A stretch of 64,000 bases of DNA from a virus (taxonomy: Duplodnaviria > Caudoviricetes). Of the stretch, positions 24,836 to 34,594 are shown piece after piece. The notes under the pieces were generated by a model that saw only the letters and a program-made list of their open reading frames with translations, had not been told where the DNA came from and did no database searches. The stretch lies in IMG/VR virus record IMGVR_UViG_3300025889_000070, one strand, 5' to 3'. The position numbers and the translations under genes are program-made. How positions within the stretch are numbered: the first letter of the stretch is position 1; every line of letters begins with the position of its first letter.

Positions 24836-25719
24836 AAATATCGATTCCAAATTTAGATCTGTTCATAGCGCAAACTTGTAATTTGAGTTGTAGTGGTTGT
24901 ATTACTTTCAGTGACAGTAAACTAGTAAAGGGGATTACAAGATACAATCCGGATCATCTAGAATTCTGGAGTCAACACATACAACCAGCATACATTAATA
25001 TGTTTGGTGGTGAACCCTTACTTAATCCTGATCTGGAATTATGGATCGCTGGTTGTAGTGGATACTGGCCTGCTAGCAACCTAACCATACAAACAAATGG
25101 TGTAAAACTTACAGTCGATCATCTAGATTTAATAGACAAATATGGAGTAAGTTTTCGTATTAGCCAACACATAGCAGATTACAAGAGCACTATAACAGAG
25201 TTTATAGATGCTGCTCTAGCAACTGGCAAGTTTCAGCCCTGGACAAATGAAAATGGACCAGTACAAAATGGTTATGGTGAACAACGTGGCTGGATAAATG
25301 AAAGCGGTGCTAGTATACAATGGACAGAAAGTTATAGTGAAACAGTTTGGTGGCCATTTTATCAGGGAACTGCTGAAGATAGTAACCCTAGTTTCAGTTA
25401 TTTTAGCAATGATTTTGCTAGTAGTTGGAATACCTGTGTAGCCAAAACGTTTGTTAACATGTTTGAAGGTAATCTCTATAAATGTCCAGCAGTTGCTGGT
25501 TTGTTAATAAATGGGCATAGCCTAGGCCTAGATAAAAAAAATTACTGGTCGGACTGGTTTAATAACTATAAAAGGTTGAATATAGGCAGTGATAGTGCTA
25601 CAATAACTGAGTGGTTTAATGAACAGCAAGGACCACAAAGTTGTTGTAATATGTGCTCTAGAAATGTAAGCACAAACGTAGAAGTACAAACAGGAGTAAA
25701 TTCAAAGGTTAAACTATGA
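24832..25719 (+). CDS. radical SAM protein
   Basis: CNLSCSGC, MFGGEPLLNP, IQTNG; C-terminal C..YKC..CCNMC. Confidence 0.9.
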   Translation: MKISIPNLDLFIAQTCNLSCSGCITFSDSKLVKGITRYNPDHLEFWSQHIQPAYINMFGGEPLLNPDLELWIAGCSGYWPASNLTIQTNGVKLTVDHLDLIDKYGVSFRISQHIADYKSTITEFIDAALATGKFQPWTNENGPVQNGYGEQRGWINESGASIQWTESYSETVWWPFYQGTAEDSNPSFSYFSNDFASSWNTCVAKTFVNMFEGNLYKCPAVAGLLINGHSLGLDKKNYWSDWFNNYKRLNIGSDSATITEWFNEQQGPQSCCNMCSRNVSTNVEVQTGVNSKVKL

Positions 25720-25943
25720 AAAACAGAGATAAAATTAGAATTTTAGAAGATCAACATCGTAGACTAGATAGTGCTTGTTATGAACTTGAGCGCCTGAGAG
25801 AACTGGATCGTAGTGAGGATATGAAATTTAAACTACAGGACCTTAAGAAGAAAAAACTTGCTGTAAAAGACGAAATTGCTTTCTTAATGAAAAGCGAATT
25901 GGCTGAACAAGAAGCATTTGATTTTGAAAATTATGAAAGATAG
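25716..25943 (+). CDS. small coiled-coil protein (YdcH/DUF465-like)
   Basis: LEDQHRRLD..LQDLKKKKLAVKDEI pattern. Confidence 0.55.
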   Translation: MKNRDKIRILEDQHRRLDSACYELERLRELDRSEDMKFKLQDLKKKKLAVKDEIAFLMKSELAEQEAFDFENYER

Positions 25944-25948
25944 TTTTC

Positions 25949-26578
25949 ATGACTGAAAGATATTATAAAGTATACTTGTTGGGATATGGAGGCGAACATG
26001 TTATTGGCACTCTTACAAAAGAACAATATGATTTTTGGAAAGATCTAGAAGAAGAAGACATTATTAACCATGCGTTCTGGGATCCATGGGACGAAAGTGA
26101 TGAGAATCCTGTGTTTGACGATACTGATCCAAGATTTTTGGGAAACTGGTATGATCTAGATGACTTAATGCATGAAAATGGCGTATCTGCCGAAAATGCT
26201 CTAATAACTATAGAAGAAGTTGATAGTTCTGATTATGATGCTAAAATATTAGAGACACTAATAGAAAATGTATCCTGGGAAGAGTTTGTAGAAAAATACA
26301 ATATAAGCCTGGGTAAAGATCAGGTTATAGATTTAGAAGAAACCATGGATTATACAGAATATACCTTTCACGGGTTCGCTGCGGAAAAGGGTTGTTTAGG
26401 CGTGTATGTTATTAAAACAGACAGTGAGTTAGACATTAATAAATTAAACTTTTGCTTGACACATGTGCCAAATACGGATACAATATTAGAACTAATCGAT
26501 TATGCTGGTCAGGACGTGGATCGCGAAGGTGGCGATACAATAGGCAAAGGGTACTACGCAAGTGTCCAACAAAATTAG
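25949..26578 (+). CDS. acidic hypothetical protein
   Basis: 209-aa ORF, Asp/Glu-rich. Confidence 0.6.
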   Translation: MTERYYKVYLLGYGGEHVIGTLTKEQYDFWKDLEEEDIINHAFWDPWDESDENPVFDDTDPRFLGNWYDLDDLMHENGVSAENALITIEEVDSSDYDAKILETLIENVSWEEFVEKYNISLGKDQVIDLEETMDYTEYTFHGFAAEKGCLGVYVIKTDSELDINKLNFCLTHVPNTDTILELIDYAGQDVDREGGDTIGKGYYASVQQN

Positions 26579-26816
26579 TGACAGTGAGATGCAAGAAGTT
26601 TATGACAGATTTTTTACTCTAGCTATGACTATAGCAGAAGAAAAAGACGATATTTCACTTGTTGCTGGTATCATGCTAGCACAGGCAATGCGTTTATACA
26701 AGACCATGCTTGGTGAACAAGACTTTCTTGATCTATGTGAAACAGTGTATGAAACATCTAAAGAAATAAAACCTTTAGACCTAGAAACCTACGATTTATC
26801 TAAAACTTTTCACTGA
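26562..26816 (+). CDS. hypothetical protein
   Basis: 84 aa, GTG start. Confidence 0.5.
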   Translation: MSNKISDSEMQEVYDRFFTLAMTIAEEKDDISLVAGIMLAQAMRLYKTMLGEQDFLDLCETVYETSKEIKPLDLETYDLSKTFH

Positions 26817-26834
26817 AAGGAAAAAATCAAAACT

Positions 26835-27005
26835 ATGTTTGCTGTTAAGGTATTAGTTGATGATACTTGGTTGTACGTTACTAAAACGGATCAGCCTGAT
26901 CCAATATTATTTGATACTGAAGATGAAGCCGAAGATTTTGCTAGTGCGTGGCGGCTATCCGGTGCAGAAGGAAATGTAAAGGTGGTGAACTATGACGGGC
27001 TTTAA
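26835..27005 (+). CDS. small hypothetical protein (56 aa)
   Basis: Read by hand: MFAVKVLVDDTWLYVTK...; GAAAGGA upstream. Confidence 0.5.
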   Translation: MFAVKVLVDDTWLYVTKTDQPDPILFDTEDEAEDFASAWRLSGAEGNVKVVNYDGL

Positions 27006-27165
27006 AAACAAACAAGACTACACTGACTGGGCTTACTATCAGATGAAAAAGTACGGTATTCGTATGCCAGAAACATATTCAGCTGATGAATTGGAATATC
27101 TTAATCCCAGTGTTCCCAGAGATTTTATTGATAACCTTGTAAAGCAGAGAGACAACAATGGCTGA
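26992..27165 (+). CDS. small hypothetical protein (57 aa)
   Basis: Read by hand: MTGFKNKQDYTDWAYYQMKKYG...; fills the gap and overlaps both neighbours. Confidence 0.5.
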   Translation: MTGFKNKQDYTDWAYYQMKKYGIRMPETYSADELEYLNPSVPRDFIDNLVKQRDNNG

Positions 27166-27616
27166 AACCAGAGAAAGTCATGACGAATATATCCTACGTA
27201 AGATGCGTGAAGAAAGTCTAAAAGATCGCTTACGCAGAGCGGACAAAATGATCTGGGTAACCTTCCAGAAAGAAGGTATCCACAAGTATCCTGCTGCTCT
27301 CAACGATCCTAAACTAGCAACTGGCGATGAATATGATGTAAGTTTCCTGGGATATCCGCACAGGCACATATTTCATTTCCGTGTATGGATCGAAGTATTC
27401 CATGATGATCGCGATATTGAATTTATACAATTCAAGCGTTGGTTGGAAAACTTATATAAAGACGGAACATTAGAATTAGATTTTAAATCTTGCGAAATGA
27501 TCAGCGATGATTTGTACTTACAAATCCTGGAACGCTATCCAGGTCGTAATGTTCAAATTGAGGTAAGCGAAGACGGTGAGAACGGTTCACAAACTTTTTA
27601 TAACAAGGATATTTAA
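27158..27616 (+). CDS. dpdL: QueD-like T-fold protein, putative 7-carboxy-7-deazaguanine decarboxylase (DpdL-like)
   Basis: LGYPHRHIF matches the LxxxHRHxF signature as I recall it for DpdL; also DRDIEF, SCEMI, EVSEDGENG; co-occurs with folE, queD, queE and dpdA. Confidence 0.6.
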   Translation: MAETRESHDEYILRKMREESLKDRLRRADKMIWVTFQKEGIHKYPAALNDPKLATGDEYDVSFLGYPHRHIFHFRVWIEVFHDDRDIEFIQFKRWLENLYKDGTLELDFKSCEMISDDLYLQILERYPGRNVQIEVSEDGENGSQTFYNKDI

Positions 27617-27617
27617 A

Positions 27618-27830
27618 ATGAAACAAGAAGTAACACGAGTATTTGACGACCTAGACGATTTCCTACGTTTTTGTGCAACGTTTGGTCACCCCTATAACGA
27701 GGCTGATCTATATAACGACGAAAGCGAAGTATATCAGCAGTATCGCATGCTAAAAGATGGCAAGCGTATCAGCAACAACTGGATGCGAGATGCTAAAATT
27801 CATGGACACCGAATTTTTGGAAACAGATAA
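27618..27830 (+). CDS. hypothetical protein
   Basis: MKQEVTRVFDDLDDFLRFC...; start placed just after the upstream stop. Confidence 0.6.
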   Translation: MKQEVTRVFDDLDDFLRFCATFGHPYNEADLYNDESEVYQQYRMLKDGKRISNNWMRDAKIHGHRIFGNR

Positions 27831-28171
27831 TGTCTCCGGAACAAGCAAAATTTCCCTATAGTGTTGTTGTTAAAAGCGAACATTATACACAACGAGCAAA
27901 TCATCTACCTGTTCAAGGGGGAGCATTAAACGCTGGTTACACCGTCGCGCCGGCGCGACGGCCGGCACCAGTGGATGCCCTTTGTATGATCAGTAATTTA
28001 CTTGGCAAACACGGTCTACAGTACAATGTAGACTGGTGGTGGGAAGGTTTTGGTAGTGGAGATTATAATCCAAACACTGGGCATACTAGTAGGATACAAT
28101 TAAGGTTTAAAAAAGAAGAACACAAATTACTTCTCCATCTTAGCCCAGACATGGATCACAGGTTATGTTAA
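27830..28171 (+). CDS. hypothetical protein
   Basis: 113-aa ORF coupled to its neighbours. Confidence 0.5.
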   Translation: MSPEQAKFPYSVVVKSEHYTQRANHLPVQGGALNAGYTVAPARRPAPVDALCMISNLLGKHGLQYNVDWWWEGFGSGDYNPNTGHTSRIQLRFKKEEHKLLLHLSPDMDHRLC

Positions 28172-28992
28172 CAAATGTATTACTAATAGGTGGTGCTGGA
28201 TTTATAGGCGGGCATCTTAAAAATAAACTAGAGTCTAATGGTACCACTGTTGATGTCATTGACAAAAAACATGGAAAAAATATACTGGACGAATATGCTC
28301 TAGTAGCAGACAGAGAATATAGTCATGTAGTATTTTTAGCAGCAGAAGCAAATCTTAGAGCAGTAAAACGAAATCCTGTTGATGCTATCAAAACAATGAC
28401 TGTAGGTTTAATGAACTGTTTGAAATATTATTCAGACAGTCATTTTACATATATTAGTAGTAGTATGGTTTATGGCAACTGGGCTGGAGACAGTGTAAGT
28501 GAAAATGATGCTCGAGCTCCTATAGACTTGTATGGCCAACTTAAACTGGCTGGAGAAGGCATTGTTAAAGAATTACACAGCAACTATACCATTATAAGGC
28601 CCACGGCAGTTTATGGTCCTGGTGATGATCCTACTAGAGTACTTCCACACTTTATAAACCTAGCAAGACAAAATCAAATACTTACAGTAAAAGGGTCTAA
28701 CAACATGCTAGATTTTACGCATGTTGACGATATTATACAAGGAATTATACTGGGTATGAATAGACCTAAATACAGTACAGGCGTTTACAACATAAGTTAC
28801 GGTAACGCAGTACCCTTAGAAACTGTAGCTAAATACATTACAAAGTGCTTGGGCACCGGATCAGTTAAAGTAGATCCGCTGGACTTAGAATACCCAAAAC
28901 GTGGCAGCATGAATATCACAAAAGCAAGAACTGAACTGGGATACAAGCCTACAACGCACGTATTTGATGGTATAAATGAACTATTATCATAA
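28165..28992 (+). CDS. NAD-dependent epimerase/dehydratase (extended SDR)
   Basis: GGAGFIG, ISSSMVYG, YGQLK (YxxxK), IRPTAVYGP, DFTHVDD. Confidence 0.92.
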   Translation: MLTNVLLIGGAGFIGGHLKNKLESNGTTVDVIDKKHGKNILDEYALVADREYSHVVFLAAEANLRAVKRNPVDAIKTMTVGLMNCLKYYSDSHFTYISSSMVYGNWAGDSVSENDARAPIDLYGQLKLAGEGIVKELHSNYTIIRPTAVYGPGDDPTRVLPHFINLARQNQILTVKGSNNMLDFTHVDDIIQGIILGMNRPKYSTGVYNISYGNAVPLETVAKYITKCLGTGSVKVDPLDLEYPKRGSMNITKARTELGYKPTTHVFDGINELLS

Positions 28993-29001
28993 GGATATTT
29001 A

Positions 29002-30225
29002 ATGTATATTGGTTTTATAGGGTTAGGTAAACTTGGCATGCCCTGTGCTGAAGCAATGGCACAAAAATACGACGTAACAGGATACGATATACAGCCAAAA
29101 ACCAGCAACTTAGTAGACATAGTATCTAACTTAGAGCAAGCAGTTACAAACAAAGACCTAGTATTTGTTGCTATTCAAACACCACATCAGCAGGAATACG
29201 ATGGTAGCCAACCGTGCATGGACCTTGAACCCAAGGACTTTGATTACAGTCAAGTAAAGCAGTGCTTACAAGAAATAAACAAATATGCAAATAAGCACAC
29301 GTTAGTAGTTCTTATTAGCACAGTGTTGCCGGGTACGGTTCGCAGAGAACTAGCACCACTAATCACCCAGGCTCGTTTTATATACAACCCATACCTAATA
29401 GCAATGGGTAGTGTTAGTTGGGACATGATTAATCCAGAAATGGTTATCGTTGGTACAAAAAACGGCAGTTATACAGACGATGCTACATTAATTATTGACT
29501 TTTACAAGGAGTTAATGGAGAACAATCCACGTTATGTTGTAGGAACCTGGGAAGAAGCAGAAAGCATTAAGATTTTTTATAATACATTTATTAGTGCTAA
29601 ACTAAGTCTTGTAAACATGATCCAGGATGTTAGTATGAAATTGGGTAATATGAATGTTGATGTTGTAACGGATGCACTATCAAGAAGCACACAACGTATC
29701 ATGGGTCCACAATATATGAAAGCTGGCATGGGAGATGGCGGTCCTTGTCATCCCAGAGACAATATTGCTCTACGTTTTATGGTACAAGAACTTGGGTTAG
29801 GCTATGACTTGTTTGATGCTATTATGCAAGCCAGAGAAATACAAGCTGAAAACGTTGCTTTTAAACTAGTAGATTTAGCTAATGAATATAATATGCAGAT
29901 TGTCATACACGGTAAAGCATACAAGCCACAAGTTCCATATTTAGAAGGCAGCTATAGTTTGCTAATTGGACACTACTGTAAAAAACTAGGGTTTGATCCT
30001 GTATATGTTGATCCAGAAACCGGTGATGCATTTGAACCTACAGAGCCTTGTGTTTTTTTACTAGCGCACAGCGCCAACACTACTTATAAGTATACTAACA
30101 ATCAACCAGTTGATACTAATACAATGTACTGTTTAGTGCCTGACGGAAGTGTTGTTGTTGACATGTGGAGAAACTATACCAATAACAAGTGTACAGTTAT
30201 TCATTATGGAAATACACGTGACTAA
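29002..30225 (+). CDS. ugd: UDP-glucose/GDP-mannose dehydrogenase family
   Basis: GLGKLG, FVAIQTP, STVLPGT, YNPY, AESIKIFYNTF, GGPCHPRD. Confidence 0.88.
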   Translation: MYIGFIGLGKLGMPCAEAMAQKYDVTGYDIQPKTSNLVDIVSNLEQAVTNKDLVFVAIQTPHQQEYDGSQPCMDLEPKDFDYSQVKQCLQEINKYANKHTLVVLISTVLPGTVRRELAPLITQARFIYNPYLIAMGSVSWDMINPEMVIVGTKNGSYTDDATLIIDFYKELMENNPRYVVGTWEEAESIKIFYNTFISAKLSLVNMIQDVSMKLGNMNVDVVTDALSRSTQRIMGPQYMKAGMGDGGPCHPRDNIALRFMVQELGLGYDLFDAIMQAREIQAENVAFKLVDLANEYNMQIVIHGKAYKPQVPYLEGSYSLLIGHYCKKLGFDPVYVDPETGDAFEPTEPCVFLLAHSANTTYKYTNNQPVDTNTMYCLVPDGSVVVDMWRNYTNNKCTVIHYGNTRD

Positions 30226-30733
30226 TTGGCACATAGACAAAATAGAATCTTTTTGGGACAATGATCATCAATTCCTAAACTACGAATCAGAAAATTTTAA
30301 CAATCCCGACGATATTTTAAATTGGCAAGGAAAAGGATATAAACCACCATTTGTTGGTGAACTCTGCGACATGCGTAAACCACAGGCTTGGTACACAGAT
30401 AATGTCGTGGAATACTTTAAAAACAAGTATAGCATAGAAAACGTTGGTACAAGTTTTTACAGAATGTCCACAGGCATTATACTTCCTAAACACCGAGACA
30501 CATACAAAAAATACAGAGAATTGTTTGGGGTTAGTGTACACCAAATCCAACGTATTATAGTTTTTTTAGAAAACTGGCGCAGCGGACATTATTTTGAAAT
30601 TGAAGGCACACCAATTGTAGATTGGCAAGCCGGAGATTATGTTTGGTGGAGAGGCGATGCAGAACACATGGCAGCTAACCTAGGAACGGAATATAGATAT
30701 ACGCTACAGATAACAGGACATGATGGATTATAA
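30206..30733 (+). CDS. 2OG-Fe(II) oxygenase / cupin-fold hydroxylase
   Basis: LPKHRDTY (HxD), RIIVFL, WQAGD..H.AAN..RYTLQITG. Confidence 0.65.
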   Translation: MEIHVTNWHIDKIESFWDNDHQFLNYESENFNNPDDILNWQGKGYKPPFVGELCDMRKPQAWYTDNVVEYFKNKYSIENVGTSFYRMSTGIILPKHRDTYKKYRELFGVSVHQIQRIIVFLENWRSGHYFEIEGTPIVDWQAGDYVWWRGDAEHMAANLGTEYRYTLQITGHDGL

Positions 30734-31325
30734 GGTTCTTGAAGATTTTGAAAACTTATTAAGTAAGTATACTGGTGCTCCTTATGTTGTTCTTACTGAC
30801 AGTTGTACTCATGCTGTAGAACTTTGCATACGTCAGCAAAAGTGGCAGGGCCCGGTTATACTTCCTCCAAAAACATATATTAGCATACCCATGACCATGC
30901 ATAAACTTGGTTTACAAGTTTACTGGGATCACGAATATAACTGGAAACACCAGTATAGAATTGCGCCCACAAATATCTGGGATAGTGCTCGAGCATTTGA
31001 TAAAAATATGTACAAGCCAGGTGCTTGGCAGTGTTTAAGTTTCGGCTGGGACAAAAGGTTAGCCATTGGCCATGGTGGGGCTATATTGTTAGACAAAAAA
31101 AGCGATTACATTTCGCTTAAATGTATGGCATATGACGGCAGATTTCTAGATATAAAACCCTGGCAAGAACAATCTAATTGGCAGTTAGGTTTTCATTATA
31201 ATATGAGACTGGAAGACGCTGCTAAAGGTATAGAACTATTATCTCAACCTGATAAATTGCCAATGATGTATACGCAGGTAAAAGAGTATCCTGACGTGAG
31301 CAAAATTAAAATTAAACTTGACTAA
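30720..31325 (+). CDS. DegT/DnrJ/EryC1-like PLP-dependent sugar aminotransferase (short form)
   Basis: TDSCTHA, TYISIP, WDSA, LSFGWDK (PLP Lys), GGAILL, GFHYNM. Confidence 0.75.
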   Translation: MMDYKVLEDFENLLSKYTGAPYVVLTDSCTHAVELCIRQQKWQGPVILPPKTYISIPMTMHKLGLQVYWDHEYNWKHQYRIAPTNIWDSARAFDKNMYKPGAWQCLSFGWDKRLAIGHGGAILLDKKSDYISLKCMAYDGRFLDIKPWQEQSNWQLGFHYNMRLEDAAKGIELLSQPDKLPMMYTQVKEYPDVSKIKIKLD

Positions 31326-31346
31326 TCGTCTAAATAATCTTATCAT
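31318..31346 (+). promoter_or_regulatory. sigma70-type promoter TTGACT-N17-TATCAT
   Basis: Upstream of the dpdA-like gene. Confidence 0.6.
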
Positions 31347-31371
31347 TAATAATAAAAAAAGGTACAACTAT

Positions 31372-32835
31372 ATGGCAGTTAGAATAAATCTAAGTGAAAA
31401 AAATCATGACTATGCAGTGTTCACACCTGCGCTTAGTGGCTTTTATCAGAGTTATGTAAGCAAGCAACAGCAAGATCCCAATCATGTAGAACAATCACGT
31501 ATACCAGCAAAGTTTGAAAATGGTATTGAAGGCTTGAACTTCTTAAATCCTGAGCAGGGATACTTTACCTACAATCATGTTCTTTACAGTGCTGGACATG
31601 CTGAACTAGACATGGCTAAAGCAGTGGATCGTGAAAGTATGATCCATAAGCGTGATAGAAACAATACTGTGCTTATTGGTGACAGTGGCGGGTTCCAGAT
31701 TAGTAAAGGTGTGTGGCAGGGTAACTGGCTAGAGCCTGAAGGGCAATGTGCTGACACAGACAAAAAGCGTGGTGTAGTTCTCAACTGGTTAGAAAATACA
31801 GCAGACTACAGCATGGTACTGGATATCCCCACAAACGGTTTGAACTTCATAGACGAAACAACAGGCAAACCTAGATGTGGTTTGAATGACTATGCTGAGT
31901 TCCGTGATGCTACTCGAGCCAACAATAACTATTTCTTTAAACATAGACAGGGCAAAACAAAGTTCCTAAACGTGCTACAGGGCAGTACATATGAACAAGC
32001 AGATGACTGGTTTGATAATGTATGCTTGCCTATTGTAAATGAAACAAGTGGATGGGCATTTGGTGGTGTACAAAAAACAAACCTCAACCACAGCCTAAGA
32101 AGGTTGCTATATCTCAAAGAACTTGGATTGCTACAAAAAGCAGAATGGATTCACTTCTTGGGCACAGGTAGACTTGACCAGGGTGTAATGTATACTGCTA
32201 TGCAACGGGCTATCAGAAAGTCTATAAATCCGTTCCTTACAATAAGCATGGATTGTGCAAGTCCATTTATTGCTACAGCAAACGGCCAAGTGTATACTGA
32301 CAATACATTTAACAACAAGCGTATTGGCTACAACATGGTACACATGGTAGACGAAAAGGATCCCGCAAACAAAGAAGCACCCTGGCCCTGGGACGACTCA
32401 CCTATTGGCGCCAGACTTACCTGGCGTGATGTTAACTGGTATGATCCAGGTGACTTAAACAAGATTGGTAAAGAAGGCAAAACCAGTTGGGATAGTTTTG
32501 CATACTGTTTGATGATGGGACATAACATCTACAAGCATATTGATTCAGTACAAATGGCTAACCGTCTAATGGCAAGGCCAATTGGTATGAATGAATGGAT
32601 ACCAGACCAATATTTGCAATTCCAGGATCTATGTGTAGACTTGTTTGCTAGAGATTATAACAAGAGCATGGCTGCTATTGATGCAGAACTTGACAAGCAT
32701 GAAGGTTTGATTAGTAAACTAAGCCGTATTAAAAATCTTAAAAACACAAACGCATTTGAGAGTTTGTTTAGTTTTGATGTTCCAACAACCAACACTGATA
32801 TAGACAGTAGCCAGGAAGAGGACGATGCCCGATGA
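31372..32835 (+). CDS. dpdA: DpdA / TGT-superfamily 7-deazaguanine DNA transglycosylase
   Basis: DSGGFQ, MVLDIP, VLQG, GWAFGG, IHFLG, SMDCASP TGT-fold motifs; clustered with folE. Confidence 0.8.
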   Translation: MAVRINLSEKNHDYAVFTPALSGFYQSYVSKQQQDPNHVEQSRIPAKFENGIEGLNFLNPEQGYFTYNHVLYSAGHAELDMAKAVDRESMIHKRDRNNTVLIGDSGGFQISKGVWQGNWLEPEGQCADTDKKRGVVLNWLENTADYSMVLDIPTNGLNFIDETTGKPRCGLNDYAEFRDATRANNNYFFKHRQGKTKFLNVLQGSTYEQADDWFDNVCLPIVNETSGWAFGGVQKTNLNHSLRRLLYLKELGLLQKAEWIHFLGTGRLDQGVMYTAMQRAIRKSINPFLTISMDCASPFIATANGQVYTDNTFNNKRIGYNMVHMVDEKDPANKEAPWPWDDSPIGARLTWRDVNWYDPGDLNKIGKEGKTSWDSFAYCLMMGHNIYKHIDSVQMANRLMARPIGMNEWIPDQYLQFQDLCVDLFARDYNKSMAAIDAELDKHEGLISKLSRIKNLKNTNAFESLFSFDVPTTNTDIDSSQEEDDAR

Positions 32836-33908
32836 ACACCATTTATATTATATGTCTGGAGCCTATTGATCAGAGATATACTAAACAGTGGTTTACAAAC
32901 ATTCCCAGTATACTGGAACAGCGTATCCAGGAACAGGGCTTAGATTATCGTGTAGTTACTATTGAAGGTGACACAGTGCCTGATAATACTACAGCAGGTG
33001 CGTTTTTGGACTTTGGTGCTACAAACGTCTACAAAGCAAGCCAGACTGTAACTGTTAGCAAGATGTTTAGTCAGGGAGACATCAAGCCTGGTGATAAGTT
33101 TTTAGTTACAGATGCCTGGAACTTTATTATTACACCTATCAAATACATGAGTGACCTGCTGGACATTCCAGTAGAAATACACAGCATCTGGCATGCTGGG
33201 GCATATGATCCCAGTGACATCCTGGGTTACAAAATGAACAAGCCATGGCCCTGGGATGCTGAGCGTAGTTGGTTTTATAGCAGTGACTATAACTACTATG
33301 CCAGTGAAAATCATCGTAAAATGTTTTTAACTAACTTAAACATACCAGAAGAATATCATCACAAAGCAGTGCGAAGTGGCCAGCCACACGAATTGATAAT
33401 CGATGATCTTGTTAGGCATCAGAATACAGACAAACAAGATCGTGTTATGTGGCCACATCGTTACAATGCTGACAAGCAACCAGCGATCGCAGAAGATCTT
33501 GCTGCCAACTTTGACATGGTTATTACTCAGAAAATGAACTTGAACAAAGCAGATTACTATGCTACAATGGGCACAAGTAAACTTATTTTTAGTTGTGCAC
33601 TACATGAGAACCTTGGCATCAGTGTCATGGAAGCAGTGCTAACTGGAGCAGTTCCAGTGGTGCCGGATCGTTGTAGTTACAGTGAAATGTATTTAGATGA
33701 ATTTAAATATCCCAGTGAGTGGACAGAGGATCTGGAAAGTTATCAGAAAAATAAACACAGGGTAGCAGAGTTTATTCAGGATAAACTGGATAACTACTCT
33801 AATTATCATAATCTTATTCGTGAGCAACAGAGTATTCTCGTACGAGATTATTTAAGCAGCAATATTATGATGGACAAATTATTAGAAAAAAAGGAACTTA
33901 GTGCATGA
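32832..33908 (+). CDS. GT-B fold glycosyltransferase (GT4-like)
   Basis: MWPHRYNADKQP..SCALHENLGISVMEAVLTGAVPVVPDRCSYSE (Ex7E motif). Confidence 0.75.
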   Translation: MNTIYIICLEPIDQRYTKQWFTNIPSILEQRIQEQGLDYRVVTIEGDTVPDNTTAGAFLDFGATNVYKASQTVTVSKMFSQGDIKPGDKFLVTDAWNFIITPIKYMSDLLDIPVEIHSIWHAGAYDPSDILGYKMNKPWPWDAERSWFYSSDYNYYASENHRKMFLTNLNIPEEYHHKAVRSGQPHELIIDDLVRHQNTDKQDRVMWPHRYNADKQPAIAEDLAANFDMVITQKMNLNKADYYATMGTSKLIFSCALHENLGISVMEAVLTGAVPVVPDRCSYSEMYLDEFKYPSEWTEDLESYQKNKHRVAEFIQDKLDNYSNYHNLIREQQSILVRDYLSSNIMMDKLLEKKELSA

Positions 33909-34594
33909 GAAATACTTCCGAACAAATTATAGAACGTATAAAACAGTCCAATGGCCGTTACTGGGCTGGAGATAATATTAGTGAATATCTAGGGCCAGGT
34001 GACAAAGAAGCACTTATTGAAGAACTTACTGTTAAGTTTGAAAGTGTACTGGATAGTTTGGTGATCGATCGTCACACTGATCCAAACAGTCAGGATACTG
34101 GCAGACGTTTGGCCAAGATGTACATTCGAGAGATAATGAGTGGTCGTTACAATCCTAAACCTAACGCAACAGCATTTCCTAATCATACAAATGAGCGATA
34201 TGATGGTATGCTAGTCGTGCGTAGTGAACTTAAAAGTATGTGTTCACACCACCATCAACCAGTCACTGGTGTAGCATACATTGGAATTATTGCTGCTGAT
34301 ACTCTCATTGGTTTAAGTAAATATACACGAATAGCACAATGGTGTGCTCGCCGTGGAACTCTACAAGAAGAACTTGCCATGGATATTGCCCGAGAAATTC
34401 AGGCAGCAACTGGCAGTAATGATGTTGGCGTATATATTCAGGCTACACATGGTTGTTGTGAAAATCGCGGCATAGGTGCTCATAGTAGCCTAACACAAAC
34501 TACAGTTTTGCGTGGCAGTTTCCACAATGATCCTGCTTGCAAGAAAGAGTTTATGGATAACATTAAACTACAACAAGGATTTGCTCCAAGATGA
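33905..34594 (+). CDS. folE: GTP cyclohydrolase I
   Basis: DTGRRLAKMY, SMCSHHHQP, GLSKYTR, LQEEL, HGCCENRG. Confidence 0.95.
   Translation: MRNTSEQIIERIKQSNGRYWAGDNISEYLGPGDKEALIEELTVKFESVLDSLVIDRHTDPNSQDTGRRLAKMYIREIMSGRYNPKPNATAFPNHTNERYDGMLVVRSELKSMCSHHHQPVTGVAYIGIIAADTLIGLSKYTRIAQWCARRGTLQEELAMDIAREIQAATGSNDVGVYIQATHGCCENRGIGAHSSLTQTTVLRGSFHNDPACKKEFMDNIKLQQGFAPR

Noticed and set aside
31372-32835. Ordinary tRNA-guanine transglycosylase (tgt) as an auxiliary metabolic gene
   Set aside because: No recognisable C-terminal CxCxxC zinc site of bacterial Tgt, and the phage context with folE/queD/queE fits DNA-acting DpdA better. Not fully excluded.
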